NCBI GenBank assembly: GCA_031416075.1
Contig: JANOSY010000088.1
Span: 9,504 to 73,503, forward strand
Direction of reading: 5' to 3'
Length of the DNA: 64,000 nt
Origin: Candidatus Tenderia sp.
Lineage (GTDB): Bacteria; Pseudomonadota; Gammaproteobacteria; Tenderiales; Tenderiaceae
Shown here: positions 11,541 through 22,814 of the stretch, in pieces
Layout: the number at the start of each line of letters is the position of its first letter
Numbering within the stretch: the stretch's first letter is position 1
Position numbers and translations under genes: made by a program
Notes under the pieces: generated by a model
The model's input: the letters and a program-made list of their open reading frames with translations, nothing else
The model's database searches: none
Told to the model about the DNA's origin: nothing

Positions 11541-12830
11541 TTAACCGTCATTATTTGCAACACGACCTTGATGCTCATCTTGACTGTAAATCAACAACGG
11601 CTGAGACTCGCCTTTAATCACACCTTCGTCAATCACAACCTTAGTAACGTTGTCCATAGAAGGCAGGTCATACATGGTATCAAGCAACGTGTTTTCGAGA
11701 ATCGAGCGTAACCCACGAGCACCCGTTTTACGCTCCATGGCCTTACGAGCCACCGCGTAGAGCGCATCCTGACGAAACTCCACTTCGCATCCTTCCATCT
11801 CAAAAAGTTTGGCATACTGTTTGGTAATGGCATTTTTTGGCTCAGTCAAAATCCGAATCAATGACTCCTCATTCAGCTCCTCCAGTGTCGCTGTCACCGG
11901 CAAACGGCCAACAAACTCTGGGATCAAACCAAATTTCATCAAATCTTCAGGCTCTACTGAACGAAACAGCTCACCCACACTCTTTTTATCATCCTTGCCT
12001 TTTACTTCTGCCGAGAAGCCAATCCCCCCCTTTTCAGAACGATCACGAATAATACGTTCCAGTCCGGCAAAAGCGCCGCCACAAATAAACAGTATGTTAG
12101 AGGTATCCACTTGCAAAAACTCTTGTTGTGGATGTTTGCGCCCCCCTTGAGGTGGAACCGATGCTACAGTACCCTCAATCAACTTCAGCAGCGCCTGCTG
12201 CACACCTTCCCCAGAAACATCACGTGTAATGGATGGGTTATCTGACTTGCGTGAGATTTTATCAATTTCATCGATGTAAACGATCCCCGTCTGGGCCTTT
12301 TCAACATCGTAATCACATTTCTGCAACAGTTTCTGAATAATATTTTCCACATCTTCACCCACGTACCCCGCTTCTGTCAGCGTAGTCGCGTCAGCGATAG
12401 TAAAAGGGACATCAAGCAGACGCGCAAGGGTTTCTGCTAGCAACGTCTTACCGCTACCCGTCGGGCCAATTAGAAGAATATTGCTTTTGGTTAGCTCAAC
12501 ATCGCCCTTTTTTTGCCCTGCCTCAAGTCGTTTATAGTGGTTGTAAACAGCAACAGCGAGCACTTTCTTAGCCGTCATCTGGCCAATCACATACTCATCA
12601 AGGATGGCGTTAATTTCGTGAGGAACAGGTAGTTTACGGTTTTTACCAACCGCACTGCTCTCCTGTAACTCTTCACGAATAATGTCGTTACAGAGTTCAA
12701 CACATTCATCACAGACAAACACTGACGGACCAGCAATCAGCTTTCTTACTTCATGCTGGCTTTTGCCGCAAAAGGAGCAATACAGCAGTTTCTTGCTGTC
12801 TTCACCACCACCGCTCTTTTCGTCACTCAT
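11541..12830 (-). CDS. clpX: ATP-dependent Clp protease ATP-binding subunit ClpX
   Basis: 429 aa. Zinc-finger [28 protein letters not shown] and Walker A GPTGSGKT. Confidence 0.97.
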   Translation of the reverse strand: MSDEKSGGGEDSKKLLYCSFCGKSQHEVRKLIAGPSVFVCDECVELCNDIIREELQESSAVGKNRKLPVPHEINAILDEYVIGQMTAKKVLAVAVYNHYKRLEAGQKKGDVELTKSNILLIGPTGSGKTLLAETLARLLDVPFTIADATTLTEAGYVGEDVENIIQKLLQKCDYDVEKAQTGIVYIDEIDKISRKSDNPSITRDVSGEGVQQALLKLIEGTVASVPPQGGRKHPQQEFLQVDTSNILFICGGAFAGLERIIRDRSEKGGIGFSAEVKGKDDKKSVGELFRSVEPEDLMKFGLIPEFVGRLPVTATLEELNEESLIRILTEPKNAITKQYAKLFEMEGCEVEFRQDALYAVARKAMERKTGARGLRSILENTLLDTMYDLPSMDNVTKVVIDEGVIKGESQPLLIYSQDEHQGRVANNDG

Positions 12831-12897
12831 GTTTCCACCTCTATGTGTGAACCATCTCTTTAAAGATTGCCGACAAAACTCATCATGCCTTTAAATA

Positions 12898-13536
12898 TCA
12901 ACCTCTGGACTCCAACACGGAGTCAATCAATCCATACTCCACAGCCTGCTGCCCACTCATGAAGTTATCACGATCAGTATCATTCTGGATTTTCTCCATG
13001 GACTGTCCGGTATGTTTCGCCAGAATTGTATTCAAGCGGTCACGCACAGCCAAGATCTCTCTGGCATGAATATCAATGTCAGTCGCCTGTCCTTGGAACC
13101 CACCCAACGGCTGATGAATCATCATACGTGAGTGTGGCAGACAATAGCGTTTTCCTGCGGCACCACCGGCCAACAACAGTGCGCCCATGCTGGCAGCCTG
13201 ACCGATACACATGGTACTGACATGTGGTTTGATAAACTGCATGGTGTCGTAAATCGCCAGACCGGCAGTCACGGCACCGCCTGGGGAGTTAATATAGAGG
13301 TGAATATCCTTGTCAGGATTTTCGGATTCCAGAAACAGCAGCTGAGCAACCACTAGATTAGCCATGTAATCTTCCACAGGCCCCACCAGAAAGATAACTC
13401 GCTCTTTCAGTAGCCGTGAATAGATATCATACGCGCGTTCACCACGGGCGGTCTGCTCAACCACCATCGGTACCAAGCCAGATGCGGTAATCAGTGAGGC
13501 ACTACCGGCCACCATTTTATCGGTCATTTGCTGCAT
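12898..13536 (-). CDS. clpP: ATP-dependent Clp protease proteolytic subunit ClpP
   Basis: [29 protein letters not shown] and the catalytic context GQAASMG. The ORF extends to 13560. I chose the ATG at 13536 because a GGAG lies 8 nt upstream, so the start is uncertain by a few codons. Confidence 0.93.
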   Translation of the reverse strand: MQQMTDKMVAGSASLITASGLVPMVVEQTARGERAYDIYSRLLKERVIFLVGPVEDYMANLVVAQLLFLESENPDKDIHLYINSPGGAVTAGLAIYDTMQFIKPHVSTMCIGQAASMGALLLAGGAAGKRYCLPHSRMMIHQPLGGFQGQATDIDIHAREILAVRDRLNTILAKHTGQSMEKIQNDTDRDNFMSGQQAVEYGLIDSVLESRG

Positions 13537-13637
13537 TCCCTTTACTCCGAAAGACCACATTTAAACCATCCAGCCTCGTACATCAGCGAAGATCTTCATC
13601 CGTTTTCTCAGAAAATCGAGGTCGACTGGCTCCAAAT

Positions 13638-14936
13638 TTACCTAGCCTGCATCACTTCGTCAAAGCCAGCTGCTACATCTTCAACTTTAACTACAGAGGC
13701 AATCCAATCAATAACCTGATCCTCAAGCACCAGCGCCTCAACGCCCGCAAGACGGGAGCGATCTTCGTAATACCAAGCAACAACCGCAGCCGCATCATCA
13801 TAACTGGAGGCTAACGTCTCGATCCGCGCACGCACTTTGTCTGCATCGGCACGAAACGCCTTTTCCCTAATCACTTCGCCCATCAACAGACCTAAGGCCA
13901 CACGGCGGCGCGCCTGTTCCATGTATGCGGTGCGTATTTCATCCGTAACAGGCTGATTCCCCTCGATTCCCATGCTCTGACGAGTCTGGCTGGCCATCTG
14001 CTCAATCTCACTCTCAACCAACGCTGATGGCAGGTCGACCGGATTGGCAGCAAAGAGCTTATCAAGAACCTGACTTTTAACCTGGCTGGCTATTTTCTGC
14101 TCCAGTTCACGGCTCATGCTATCACGCACATCTGCACGCAATGCATCAACACCCCCTTCTGATACCCCGAGAGTTTTGAGGAAATCAGGGTCATTCAAAT
14201 CAGGTAGTTTAGGACCGTTAACCTTTTGTACCGTCACATCAAAAGTCACGGGCTGGCCTGCCAATGCCTCATTCTGATACTGCTCGGGGAAGGTGACACT
14301 CACTTCGCGCTGCTCACCTGCGCTGACACCAATCAGCTGCTCCTCAAAGCCTGGAATAAACCGCTTGGAGCCGAGGATCAGTGGATAACCTTGTGCCTCG
14401 CCCCCCGCAAACGGCTCACCATTCAGTTTGCCCAGAAAATCAATCACAACTTGGTCACCCTCTGCGGCAGCGCGCTGCACCTCTTCCCAGTTGGCACGCT
14501 GCTTACGCAGCTTCTCAACCATTTCATCAATCTCTTTTTCACCCACTGCAACCGCCGGCTTTTGAATAACCATATCCGCTGGTACCACCACCTTCACCTC
14601 AGGGTAGACCTCAAATGTGGCAGTAAATGCAAATACATCTTCACTGGCGGCAGCCAGTTCAATCTTTGGTGTGCCCGCAGGACGCAAATTCTCTTTTTGA
14701 ACCGCCTGATAAAAGCTGTTCTGAACCATGTCCGCCTGAACTTCTTGCCGCACCTGTGCGCCATAGCGCTTCACCACAACAGTCAGCGGCACCTTGCCGG
14801 GGCGAAAACCGTCCAGGCGGACCCGCCCAGCCATGCTTTTAAGGCGCTGCTGCACCTCTTGTTCAACTCCGCCAGCGGGAAGTTCCACTGTCATGCGGCG
14901 CTCTAAACCTTCAGTCGATGTTACAGATATTTGCAT
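13638..14936 (-). CDS. tig: Trigger factor
   Basis: MQISVTSTEGLERRMTVELPA matches the canonical trigger factor N-terminus, and there is an FKBP-like middle domain. The ORF extends 12 codons further upstream, to 14972. Confidence 0.93.
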   Translation of the reverse strand: MQISVTSTEGLERRMTVELPAGGVEQEVQQRLKSMAGRVRLDGFRPGKVPLTVVVKRYGAQVRQEVQADMVQNSFYQAVQKENLRPAGTPKIELAAASEDVFAFTATFEVYPEVKVVVPADMVIQKPAVAVGEKEIDEMVEKLRKQRANWEEVQRAAAEGDQVVIDFLGKLNGEPFAGGEAQGYPLILGSKRFIPGFEEQLIGVSAGEQREVSVTFPEQYQNEALAGQPVTFDVTVQKVNGPKLPDLNDPDFLKTLGVSEGGVDALRADVRDSMSRELEQKIASQVKSQVLDKLFAANPVDLPSALVESEIEQMASQTRQSMGIEGNQPVTDEIRTAYMEQARRRVALGLLMGEVIREKAFRADADKVRARIETLASSYDDAAAVVAWYYEDRSRLAGVEALVLEDQVIDWIASVVKVEDVAAGFDEVMQAR

Positions 14937-15065
14937 GTTAACTTCCTCAGTGACGCCAAGGCGGCGAATCAACGGAACACAACACCCGTAGAGGGGAAGT
15001 GGTAACCGTACAGGGGTTTTTCAATGCTGGCGCCCCAGCTATTATGAACAGAAATTTATATTTTA

Positions 15066-15150
15066 TGGTGCGAAAGGAGAGACTCGAACTCTCACAGGTT
15101 GCCCCGCTGGAACCTAAATCCAGTGCGTCTACCAATTCCGCCACTTTCGC
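15066..15150 (-). tRNA. tRNA-Leu (anticodon TAG)
   Basis: Reverse complement GCGAAAGTGGCGGAATTGGTAGACGCACTGGATTTAGGTTCCAGCGGGGCAACCTGTGAGAGTTCGAGTCTCTCCTTTCGCACCA. It has a long variable arm. Confidence 0.92.
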
Positions 15151-15308
15151 AAAGTCAAAACATTAAGCAGGAAATGCGGCTATTATACAGCGACTTGCCC
15201 GCATCAGTAACCCCATGAAGTTACTTTTAATACAATCATTCTAAAAATATTTATGATTTAAAGCGGAAGTACTGGGGTAAGACCCAAAAACAGAGGATGA
15301 ACATAAAA

Positions 15309-15384
15309 TGGTGGGCCGTGAAGGACTTGAACCTTCGACCAAGTGATTAAGAGTCACCTGCTCTACCAACTGAGCTAACGGCCC
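15309..15384 (-). tRNA. tRNA-Lys (anticodon CTT)
   Basis: Reverse complement GGGCCGTTAGCTCAGTTGGTAGAGCAGGTGACTCTTAATCACTTGGTCGAAGGTTCAAGTCCTTCACGGCCCACCA. Anticodon loop is CTCTTAA. Confidence 0.92.
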
Positions 15385-15399
15385 TAAAGCTTAGGAATA

Positions 15400-15476
15400 T
15401 GGGGTGAACGATGGGGCTCGAACCCACGACAACCGGAATCACAATCCGGGACTCTACCAACTGAGCTACGCTCACC
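15400..15476 (-). tRNA. tRNA-His (anticodon GTG)
   Basis: Reverse complement GGTGAGCGTAGCTCAGTTGGTAGAGTCCCGGATTGTGATTCCGGTTGTCGTGGGTTCGAGCCCCATCGTTCACCCCA. It carries the extra 5' G typical of tRNA-His. Confidence 0.92.
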
Positions 15477-15514
15477 ATAACGCAATAACTTACACTGTTT
15501 GGACGCTAGTGATA

Positions 15515-15591
15515 TGGTGCGCCCGGCAGGACTCGAACCTGCTACCCTCGGCTTAGAAGGCCGATGCTCTATCCAGATGAGCTACGGGCGC
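15515..15591 (-). tRNA. tRNA-Arg (anticodon TCT)
   Basis: Reverse complement GCGCCCGTAGCTCATCTGGATAGAGCATCGGCCTTCTAAGCCGAGGGTAGCAGGTTCGAGTCCTGCCGGGCGCACCA. Confidence 0.92.
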
Positions 15592-15653
15592 ATGGATCAC
15601 GACTCTACCACTGCATTCAACTAGGCCATTCATTCACAGTAGAAGCTGAAAAA

Positions 15654-15730
15654 TGGTCGGGGTAGGGGGATTCGAACTCCCGACATCCTGCTCCCAAAGC
15701 AGGCGCGCTACCAGGCTGCGCTATACCCCG
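15654..15730 (-). tRNA. tRNA-Pro (anticodon TGG)
   Basis: Reverse complement CGGGGTATAGCGCAGCCTGGTAGCGCGCCTGCTTTGGGAGCAGGATGTCGGGAGTTCGAATCCCCCTACCCCGACCA. Confidence 0.92.
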
Positions 15731-15817
15731 ATGTTTACAATCCCGCCGTGCATGACTGCTAGCGGCTAGGAGGACGGCATATTACTCGTTGATTTTACTG
15801 TCGTCAATGCCCTGTTT

Positions 15818-16951
15818 TTAAATTGATGGTTTAAGAAAGCGCCAGACCAGTATCCAGGCTAAAAAACTTGTGGCTGCCGCTAGGCTATAGGTGGCCGTAG
15901 AGCCAACACCTTCCCATAGATAACCGCTGGCCAGACTACCCGCCGCACCTCCCGCGCCGAAACTGATGCTGCTATAGAGTGCTTGGCCACGCCCCTGGTG
16001 CTGGCCGGTAAAAAAACGGTGGATCAAGTGGATGATAACCGCATGATAGATGCCAAAACTCGCGGCGTGCAGCAACTGGGCGAATAACACCACCGCCAAC
16101 CACTCAACACCCCACGCCACCAGTAGCCAACGCGCTGTTGTAAGTACAAGACTGACCATCAGCAACAGGCGGGCACCGTAACGCGGCAGCAGTTTGTGCA
16201 TCACCAGGAAGACGCCAATTTCAGCCACAACACCCAACGCCCAGAGCTGGCCTATCAAGCCACGACCATAACCGTGCTCTTCAAGGTAGATGGTATAGAA
16301 GGTGTAGTACGGACCGTGGCTTGCTTGGGACAGAAAACAGACCACCAGGATCGCCAGCACTTCAGGTCTCAATAATACTGCAGTGATCGACTGATGGCTG
16401 CGCGCGGGCACACGCACCGGCTCTCTTGGCACCCATAACGTGGCAATCCAGGCGCCCAACAACATTATTAAGATGGCCTTGGGGATGATGTCAGGGCGAT
16501 GGGTTTCGAGTAGTGCACCTACGCCTGCCACCGAGAAGATAAACCCCACCGACCCCCACAGCCGGATAGAACCGTAACGGTGGCTCTCCTCCCCCAGCAG
16601 GCTCATGGTGGTAGCCTCAAACTGAGGCAGCGCCGCATTCCAAAAGAAGCTGAATAGCGCCATAACCATCACCATCCACCAGTATCCCTGACCTAGGAAG
16701 ACACCACCAAAGGTGATCAATGCCATGAGCACCCCTAAGCGCACAATCAGCACCTTTTGGCCCGAGCGGTCTGCAACCCAGCCCCAGATATTGGGGGCGA
16801 TGATTTTGGTGGCCATGATGACCGCCATCAGCTCGCCGATATCAGAGGCACCAAACCCTAGCGACTTAAGGTACAGCGACCAATACGGGACCAACACCCC
16901 CACAGAGGCAAAAAAGAAGAGATAGAAGTTGGAGAGCCGCCAATAGGGCAT
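15818..16951 (-). CDS. MFS transporter, HcaT (3-phenylpropionate transporter)-like family
   Basis: 377 aa with about 12 hydrophobic spans. The motifs RLWGSVGFI and LWALGVVAEIGVF parallel E. coli HcaT (RLWGSVAFV, LWSLGVVAEV), as recalled from memory. Confidence 0.8.
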   Translation of the reverse strand: MPYWRLSNFYLFFFASVGVLVPYWSLYLKSLGFGASDIGELMAVIMATKIIAPNIWGWVADRSGQKVLIVRLGVLMALITFGGVFLGQGYWWMVMVMALFSFFWNAALPQFEATTMSLLGEESHRYGSIRLWGSVGFIFSVAGVGALLETHRPDIIPKAILIMLLGAWIATLWVPREPVRVPARSHQSITAVLLRPEVLAILVVCFLSQASHGPYYTFYTIYLEEHGYGRGLIGQLWALGVVAEIGVFLVMHKLLPRYGARLLLMVSLVLTTARWLLVAWGVEWLAVVLFAQLLHAASFGIYHAVIIHLIHRFFTGQHQGRGQALYSSISFGAGGAAGSLASGYLWEGVGSTATYSLAAATSFLAWILVWRFLKPSI

Positions 16952-17013
16952 TAGCGCCTCACAGATAGCGTGGTATAGATCGAACAGCCCAGCGGCTGTT
17001 CACGAGGACACCC

Positions 17014-18111
17014 TCAAGGGTGTGCAGGGATAATGGGGGTTGCGGAGAGCACATCCATATTCTGAGCGCGATGTCGCAGCAGATGGTCCATCAGCACCAG
17101 CGCCAGCATCGCCTCAGCGATCGGTGTCGCCCGAATGCCCACGCAGGGGTCATGACGCCCCTCAGTACTCACCTCGACCGCCTCGCCCTTTACGTTCACA
17201 CTCCGCCCCGACAACCGCATGCTAGAGGTTGGCTTGAGCGCGATGCTCACCACAATGTCCTGGCCGCTGGAGATCCCCCCCAAAACCCCGCCGGCATTGT
17301 TGCTCAGAAAACCTTCCGGGGTGATCTCATCCCGATGTTCGGTCCCCTTCTGCTCGATACAGCCAAACCCCGCGCCGATCTCCACCCCCTTGACTGCATT
17401 GATGCTCATCATGGCGTGGGCAATTTCCGCATCCAGGCGGTCAAAGATCGGCTCCCCCAGCCCTGGGATCATGCCGGTGGCGACCACATTGATCCGCGCA
17501 CCGATGGAGTTACCCTCTTTACGCAGCGCATCCATATACCGTTCCATCTCTGCCACCTTGTTGACATCCGGAGAGAAGAAGGGGTTTTTCTCCACCTCAT
17601 TCCAGTCGAAGGTTTCTGTTTTAATCGGTCCGAGCTGGGCCAGATAACCACGCACCTCAATACCATGGCGCTGTTGCAGAAATTTTTTGGCAATCGCCCC
17701 GGCAGCCACCCGCATCGCCGTCTCACGCGCCGAGGAGCGGCCACCACCGCGATAGTCACGCATCCCGTACTTCTGCTGATAGGTGTAATCGGCATGTCCA
17801 GGGCGGAAGCTGTCCATGATGTTGCTGTAGTCCTTGGAGCGCTGATCGGTATTTTCGATCATCAACCCAATGGGGGTACCGGTTGTTTTACCCTCGAACA
17901 CCCCGGAAAGAATTTTCACCAAATCACCTTCACGGCGCTGAGTGGTATGGCGCGACGTGCCCGGTTTGCGCCGGTCAAGATCGTGCTGCAGATCCGCTTC
18001 GCTCAGCGCCAGTCCCGGCGGACAACCATCCACTATCGCCCCCAGGGCGGGGCCGTGGCTCTCACCAAAGGTGGTGACTGTAAAGAGTTTTCCGTAGCTA
18101 TTGCCTGACAT
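17014..18111 (-). CDS. aroC: Chorismate synthase
   Basis: 365 aa. [34 protein letters not shown] and GRHDPCVG. Confidence 0.96.
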   Translation of the reverse strand: MSGNSYGKLFTVTTFGESHGPALGAIVDGCPPGLALSEADLQHDLDRRKPGTSRHTTQRREGDLVKILSGVFEGKTTGTPIGLMIENTDQRSKDYSNIMDSFRPGHADYTYQQKYGMRDYRGGGRSSARETAMRVAAGAIAKKFLQQRHGIEVRGYLAQLGPIKTETFDWNEVEKNPFFSPDVNKVAEMERYMDALRKEGNSIGARINVVATGMIPGLGEPIFDRLDAEIAHAMMSINAVKGVEIGAGFGCIEQKGTEHRDEITPEGFLSNNAGGVLGGISSGQDIVVSIALKPTSSMRLSGRSVNVKGEAVEVSTEGRHDPCVGIRATPIAEAMLALVLMDHLLRHRAQNMDVLSATPIIPAHP

Positions 18112-18150
18112 GGTGGGTATACCCTAACAATTTGGTGGATAAAGCAGTGG

Positions 18151-19533
18151 TTAAATAACCTTGGAAAACCGTTGTGTCTGGTCCTGCCGCAGATATTTAT
18201 CAAATACCATACAGAGATTACGAATCAGAAAGCGGCCCGCGGGCTGGACCCGAATAGCAGTCTCATCAAAACTGATCAGGCCATCCTCAGCCAGCTGCTC
18301 AAGCGCGCCCCGCTCAACTGCAAAATAGTCATCAAAATTAATGCTGTACTTAGTCGCAACCGCCTGTTTATCCAGTTTGAAGTTACACATTAGCTCAGTG
18401 ATGATGTCGCGACGCAGCCGGTCATCCACATCCAGCTCAACACCACGAAACAGCGGCAGGTGGTCGGCATCAATGGCGGCGCAATACTCATCCATCGTCC
18501 GTCTGTTTTGCGAATAGCTGCTGCCCACCTTACCAATGGAGGTCACGCCCAGACCAATCAGGTCACAATCAGCATGGGTGGAGTAACCCTGAAAGTTGCG
18601 GTAGAGCTGCCCTTGACGCTGCGCCTCTGCCAACTCATCCCTCGGCTTGGCAAAGTGATCCATACCAATATATACATACCCGGCCTGCTGCAGACGTTCA
18701 TTGGTCATCTGCAGGATCTCGAGTTTCTGCTGTGACGACGGCAGCTGATCCTCTTTGATCCGGCGCTGTGGCGGGAACATCTCGGGCAGGTGGGCGTAAT
18801 TAAAGACCGAGAGGCGGTCAGGGTCGACCGCCAAGATACGATCAAGGGTTTTACTAAAGCTCCCGACTGTCTGGAACGGCAGGCCGTAGATCAGATCGAT
18901 ACTGGTCGACTTGAACCCCGCCTGACGCGCCTGATCCAGCACCGCCATGGTCTCGGCCTCACTCTGAATCCGGTTAACCGCTTTTTGCACCTGCGGATCA
19001 AAATCCTGTACCCCCAGACTCATGCGATTAAAACCGAGCTCACGCAGCAGCTTGATACTGTCAGAGGTCACCTCACGTGGGTCGATCTCGATGGAGTATT
19101 CGCCGCTGTCGTCATCGCGCAGATTGAAATATTTGCGGGTCTGCGCCATCAGCTCGCGCATCTGCTCCGGGCTGATAAAGGTCGGGGTGCCGCCGCCCCA
19201 GTGCAGCTGGTCCACCATGCGCGAGCTGTCGAACAGTTCGGACTGCATCGCCAGCTCTTTATATACACGGTCAAGGTAAGGCTGCGCCTTGCTGCGATCT
19301 TTGGTCGCAATCTTGCTGCAGGCACAATAGAAACAGACCGTATCGCAAAAGGGGATGTGAAAATAGAGTGAGAGTGGCTGTCCAGCGTCATTGGTAGCCC
19401 CGGCAATGCGGCGATACTCAGACTCGCCAAACCCCTCATGGAACTGCACCGCCGTTGGATAGGAGGTGTAGCGCGGACCAGACTTGTCATAGCGGTTGAT
19501 CAATTCAAGATCAAAAACAAGGGATTGGTCCAC
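18151..19533 (-). CDS. hemN: Oxygen-independent coproporphyrinogen III oxidase (radical SAM)
   Basis: 460 aa. YFHIPFCDTVCFYCAC is the radical-SAM CxxxCxxC motif, and the N-terminus YDKSGPRYTSYPTA matches HemN. Confidence 0.93.
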   Translation of the reverse strand: MDQSLVFDLELINRYDKSGPRYTSYPTAVQFHEGFGESEYRRIAGATNDAGQPLSLYFHIPFCDTVCFYCACSKIATKDRSKAQPYLDRVYKELAMQSELFDSSRMVDQLHWGGGTPTFISPEQMRELMAQTRKYFNLRDDDSGEYSIEIDPREVTSDSIKLLRELGFNRMSLGVQDFDPQVQKAVNRIQSEAETMAVLDQARQAGFKSTSIDLIYGLPFQTVGSFSKTLDRILAVDPDRLSVFNYAHLPEMFPPQRRIKEDQLPSSQQKLEILQMTNERLQQAGYVYIGMDHFAKPRDELAEAQRQGQLYRNFQGYSTHADCDLIGLGVTSIGKVGSSYSQNRRTMDEYCAAIDADHLPLFRGVELDVDDRLRRDIITELMCNFKLDKQAVATKYSINFDDYFAVERGALEQLAEDGLISFDETAIRVQPAGRFLIRNLCMVFDKYLRQDQTQRFSKVI

Positions 19534-19595
19534 GGCACACTCCAGTCAATACAGATGTCGGGACATTATAGGGGCATAGGGCGATGATTAAAACG

Positions 19596-20525
19596 TTATA
19601 ACGCCGCCCGGAAGCGCATTTGATACTCGATCAGGGTTGCCGCACTCAGCATAAAGACCCCCTGGCCGCCACGTTCAAACTCCAGCCAGACAAACGGCAC
19701 CTCAGAAAAACGCTCCACCAGTGCCGCCTCACTGTTGCCCACCTCTACTATCAATACCCCGTTTTCTGTCAGAAAATCGGGGGCCTGAGCTAACATTCGC
19801 AAAACAATCTCCAGGCCATCGTCACCGGCGGCAAGCCCCAGCGTCGGCTCACAACGGAACTCATCAGCCATGGCCGCCAAATCTTCGGCATCAACATAAG
19901 GGGGGTTTGAAACAATCAGGTCGTAACGTCGCCCGGCCAGACCATCAAACAGGTTCGACTCAATCAACTCGACCTGCTCGCTGGCATCGTGGCGCTCAAC
20001 GTTGATCTGGGCCACTGCCAGCGCGTCGGCGGAGATATCGGCCGCATCCACCGTCGCCCATGGAAAGGCCATGGCGCAGGCGATGGCAATACAACCACTA
20101 CCCGTACAGAGGTCAAGCACTGCCGCCACCTGATCTGCCTCTACCCAGGGGGAAAACTGCCGCTCAATCAGCTCAGCAATAGGCGAGCGTGGTACCAATA
20201 CCCGCTCATCCACATAAAACGGCAATTCGGCAAACCAGGCCTCGTGGGTCAGGTAGGGGGCGGGCAGGCGTTCATCGATACGGCGGCGCAGCAGTGCCAC
20301 CACCGCATGTTTTTCACTGTCTGTCAGGCGACCACGCAACAGCTCCACCGGCACCCCGGGTTTAAGATACAGGGCATGCAACACCAGGTAGAGCGCCTCA
20401 TCCACCGCATTATCGGTACCGTGACCAAAAAAGAGTCCTGCTTCGTTAAAGCAGCTAGCACCCCAGCGAGCAAAATCGACCACCGTCTGCAGCTGCATGC
20501 AGCCCACTTCACTTTTGTTACTCAC
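19596..20525 (-). CDS. prmB: 50S ribosomal protein L3 glutamine N5-methyltransferase
   Basis: [30 protein letters not shown] and the NPPY motif (VSNPPYV). I chose the GTG at 20525, 6 nt after AAGAGG, which gives 310 aa like E. coli PrmB. The ORF itself extends to 20597. Confidence 0.88.
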   Translation of the reverse strand: MSNKSEVGCMQLQTVVDFARWGASCFNEAGLFFGHGTDNAVDEALYLVLHALYLKPGVPVELLRGRLTDSEKHAVVALLRRRIDERLPAPYLTHEAWFAELPFYVDERVLVPRSPIAELIERQFSPWVEADQVAAVLDLCTGSGCIAIACAMAFPWATVDAADISADALAVAQINVERHDASEQVELIESNLFDGLAGRRYDLIVSNPPYVDAEDLAAMADEFRCEPTLGLAAGDDGLEIVLRMLAQAPDFLTENGVLIVEVGNSEAALVERFSEVPFVWLEFERGGQGVFMLSAATLIEYQMRFRAAL

Positions 20526-20544
20526 GGTACACCTCTTGAAAAAA

Positions 20545-21243
20545 TCAGTCTGGCAGATAGGCAGAGAAGAGTGGTCGCAGCTCCTTGAGCAGGCCATCCA
20601 GCCGCAAGGGGAACATTCCGGAGAGCATCCCCCACTCCATCATGCACTGGGCTAACAACTCACCTTCGCCGGAAGCCTTCAGGCGCGACACCAGTGCGGT
20701 ATTGACGATCTCCAGATTCTGGTAAATCTCAACCACCCCCTCAAGATCAAACCGCGCCTCCTGGCCACTCTCCTGGCGGAAGGTCTGTGCCAGCAGGTAC
20801 GAAGAGGCGGCACGATACATGGTTTCAGCCTCACTTGCCAACGGCATGTGAAAACGGGCCAGCGGGCGGAAAAAAGCGGCATGTGGGCAGTCGCTGGTGG
20901 CCAGTAACAGGCCAATAAAAGAGCCTATCGCCTTCTGCACGGTGGTGGAGAGTGCCACCACTCGCCCTGACATCAACACCTTCAGTGTCACCGAGTCCAG
21001 CATGTCCAGATCACGACTCTGTTCCGCCAGCTTTGCCAGATTCAGCGCTGCCGGGCAGTAGGGGGATTTGTCACTGCTCAATGGACAGTTTTTACACTGA
21101 TGGTTTTGCAGCGCCGCCCACTGCGGCGGTTTGCTCGGCACCCAACCCACGGGTACCAGAGAGTCCGCACGAAGATGGAGCTCGAACTGCCGCTCGGCAC
21201 CATCTGCAAACGTGAGTCGATAGTTGATTTTATTAATCTTCAC
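20545..21243 (-). CDS. Hypothetical protein with conserved-looking Cys motifs
   Basis: 232-aa ORF in the ald-prmB operon context. It has no signal peptide or TM segment. Cys pattern: CKNC...YCP...DCPH. I do not recognise the family. Confidence 0.6.
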   Translation of the reverse strand: MKINKINYRLTFADGAERQFELHLRADSLVPVGWVPSKPPQWAALQNHQCKNCPLSSDKSPYCPAALNLAKLAEQSRDLDMLDSVTLKVLMSGRVVALSTTVQKAIGSFIGLLLATSDCPHAAFFRPLARFHMPLASEAETMYRAASSYLLAQTFRQESGQEARFDLEGVVEIYQNLEIVNTALVSRLKASGEGELLAQCMMEWGMLSGMFPLRLDGLLKELRPLFSAYLPD

Positions 21244-21277
21244 GGCAATACCACACTCCAGCCCAGGGTTACCCGCA

Positions 21278-22387
21278 CTATTTCAACAACGTCACTGCTT
21301 CAACATAGGGATAGCCCAGATTCTCGGCCACCGCCCGGTTTGTCACCTGGCCACGGTAGAGATTAAGGCCGCTCCGCAAACCACTATTATTCACCAGCGC
21401 CCGCTCCCCTTCCGCCGCCAGCTGCATGGCATAAGGCAGGGTGGCGTTGGTCAGAGCCAGGGTCGCAGTACGGGCGCAGGCACCGGGCATATTGGTGACG
21501 CAGTAGTGAACCACCCCTTCGTCGATATACATAGGCGCAGAGTGGCTGGTTGGACGCGAGGTTTCGATACAGCCTCCCTGGTCAATCGCAACATCCACAA
21601 TCACCGCCCCCTGCTGCATCTTTTTCACCAGCGCCCGCGATACCAGCTTGGGGGCAGCATGGCCGGGGATCAACACCGCACCGATCAACAAATCGGCCTG
21701 TGGCAACAGCTCTTCCAGCGCATAAGATTCCGAGTAGCGGGTTTTAAGCGCCGGGCCAAACAGGTCATCGAGCTGCCGCAACCGCTGCAAGCTGCGGTCA
21801 AGCACCGTCACATCGGCCCCCAGCCCCAGCGCCATTTTGGCCGCCTCGGTGCCCACCACACCGCCACCAATGATCACCACTTTGCCCCGCGCCACGCCCG
21901 GCACACCGCCGAGCAACACCCCCCGTCCGCCATTGATCATCTGCAGACCGGCGGCACCTGCCTGAATGGCGATACGCCCCGCCACCTCACTCATCGGAAT
22001 CAACAGGGGTAACTGGCCGTTGGCATCGGTGACCGTTTCATAGGCAATGGCCACCACTTTGCGCTCAAGCAGATGGCGAGTCTGTTCAGGATCCGGGGCA
22101 AGGTGCAGGTAGGTGAAGAGCAGCTGCCCTTCGTGCAGCATGGCAAACTCACTGGCTTGTGGCTCTTTAACCTTCACCACCATGGGGCAGCTGTAAACCT
22201 CTGCCGCTGTGGCAACAATCGTCGCCCCCGCATGGCGGTAATGGTCATCCACAAAGCTGATCACCTGACCAGCACCGCTCTGTACCCACAGCTCATGGCC
22301 AGCGGCCACCAGTGCCTTAACCCCAGCGGGTGTCACCCCCACACGAAACTCGTGATCTTTTATCTCTTTTGGGACACCTATTTTCAT
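21278..22387 (-). CDS. ald: Alanine dehydrogenase
   Basis: 369 aa. MKIGVPKEIKDHEFRVGVTPAGV and the NAD-binding GKVVIIGGGVVG. Confidence 0.95.
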   Translation of the reverse strand: MKIGVPKEIKDHEFRVGVTPAGVKALVAAGHELWVQSGAGQVISFVDDHYRHAGATIVATAAEVYSCPMVVKVKEPQASEFAMLHEGQLLFTYLHLAPDPEQTRHLLERKVVAIAYETVTDANGQLPLLIPMSEVAGRIAIQAGAAGLQMINGGRGVLLGGVPGVARGKVVIIGGGVVGTEAAKMALGLGADVTVLDRSLQRLRQLDDLFGPALKTRYSESYALEELLPQADLLIGAVLIPGHAAPKLVSRALVKKMQQGAVIVDVAIDQGGCIETSRPTSHSAPMYIDEGVVHYCVTNMPGACARTATLALTNATLPYAMQLAAEGERALVNNSGLRSGLNLYRGQVTNRAVAENLGYPYVEAVTLLK

Positions 22388-22794
22388 TGGCCGACTTTGG
22401 CGCTCCAGGCACGCAGCACCGATTGCGCCAGCGTCATTGGATCAAAGGGCTTGGCAATCACTTCAATGGCACCCAGGGATTTAAAGTGCGCCACCTCTTG
22501 TGGCTGCACCTTGGCGGTCATAAAGATCACCGGCACCTGTGCCAATTCGGGGAGTTTACGCAGTTCTGTCAGCGTGGTTGGGCCATCCATGCCGGGCATC
22601 ATCACATCCAAAAGCAGCAACTGCGGGGCAAAGGCCACCGCATTGGCCACCGCCTCTGCGCCCGCACTAAAGACTGCCAGCTCAAATCCACCCACCGCCT
22701 CCAAAGCAATCTTGGCGATTGCCTGAATATCCGGTTCATCCTCTACATACAAAATCCGTTTCAGTTCAGATTGACTCAATTGTAACCCCTCCAT
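22384..22794 (-). CDS. Stand-alone CheY-like response regulator receiver protein
   Basis: 136 aa. ILYVEDEPDI...LLLLDVMMPGMDG...FMTAK are receiver-domain hallmarks. The stop overlaps the ald start (ATGA). Confidence 0.88.
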   Translation of the reverse strand: MEGLQLSQSELKRILYVEDEPDIQAIAKIALEAVGGFELAVFSAGAEAVANAVAFAPQLLLLDVMMPGMDGPTTLTELRKLPELAQVPVIFMTAKVQPQEVAHFKSLGAIEVIAKPFDPMTLAQSVLRAWSAKVGQ

Positions 22795-22814
22795 GAATGG
22801 CTGTTATTTTAAGC

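Noticed and set aside
15066-15730. tRNA cluster as an integration hotspot for an island
   Set aside because: The five tRNAs are flanked directly by core genes (tig and the MFS/aroC block). There is no integrase and no duplicated tRNA 3' end.
17020-18108. 362-aa plus-strand ORF
   Set aside because: It is fully antisense to aroC, which has unmistakable chorismate synthase sequence. It is a typical long shadow ORF in GC-rich coding DNA.
21224-22726. Plus-strand ORFs of 262 aa, 217 aa and 151 aa
   Set aside because: They are antisense to ald and the receiver gene, with Arg/His/Pro-rich shadow-frame composition.
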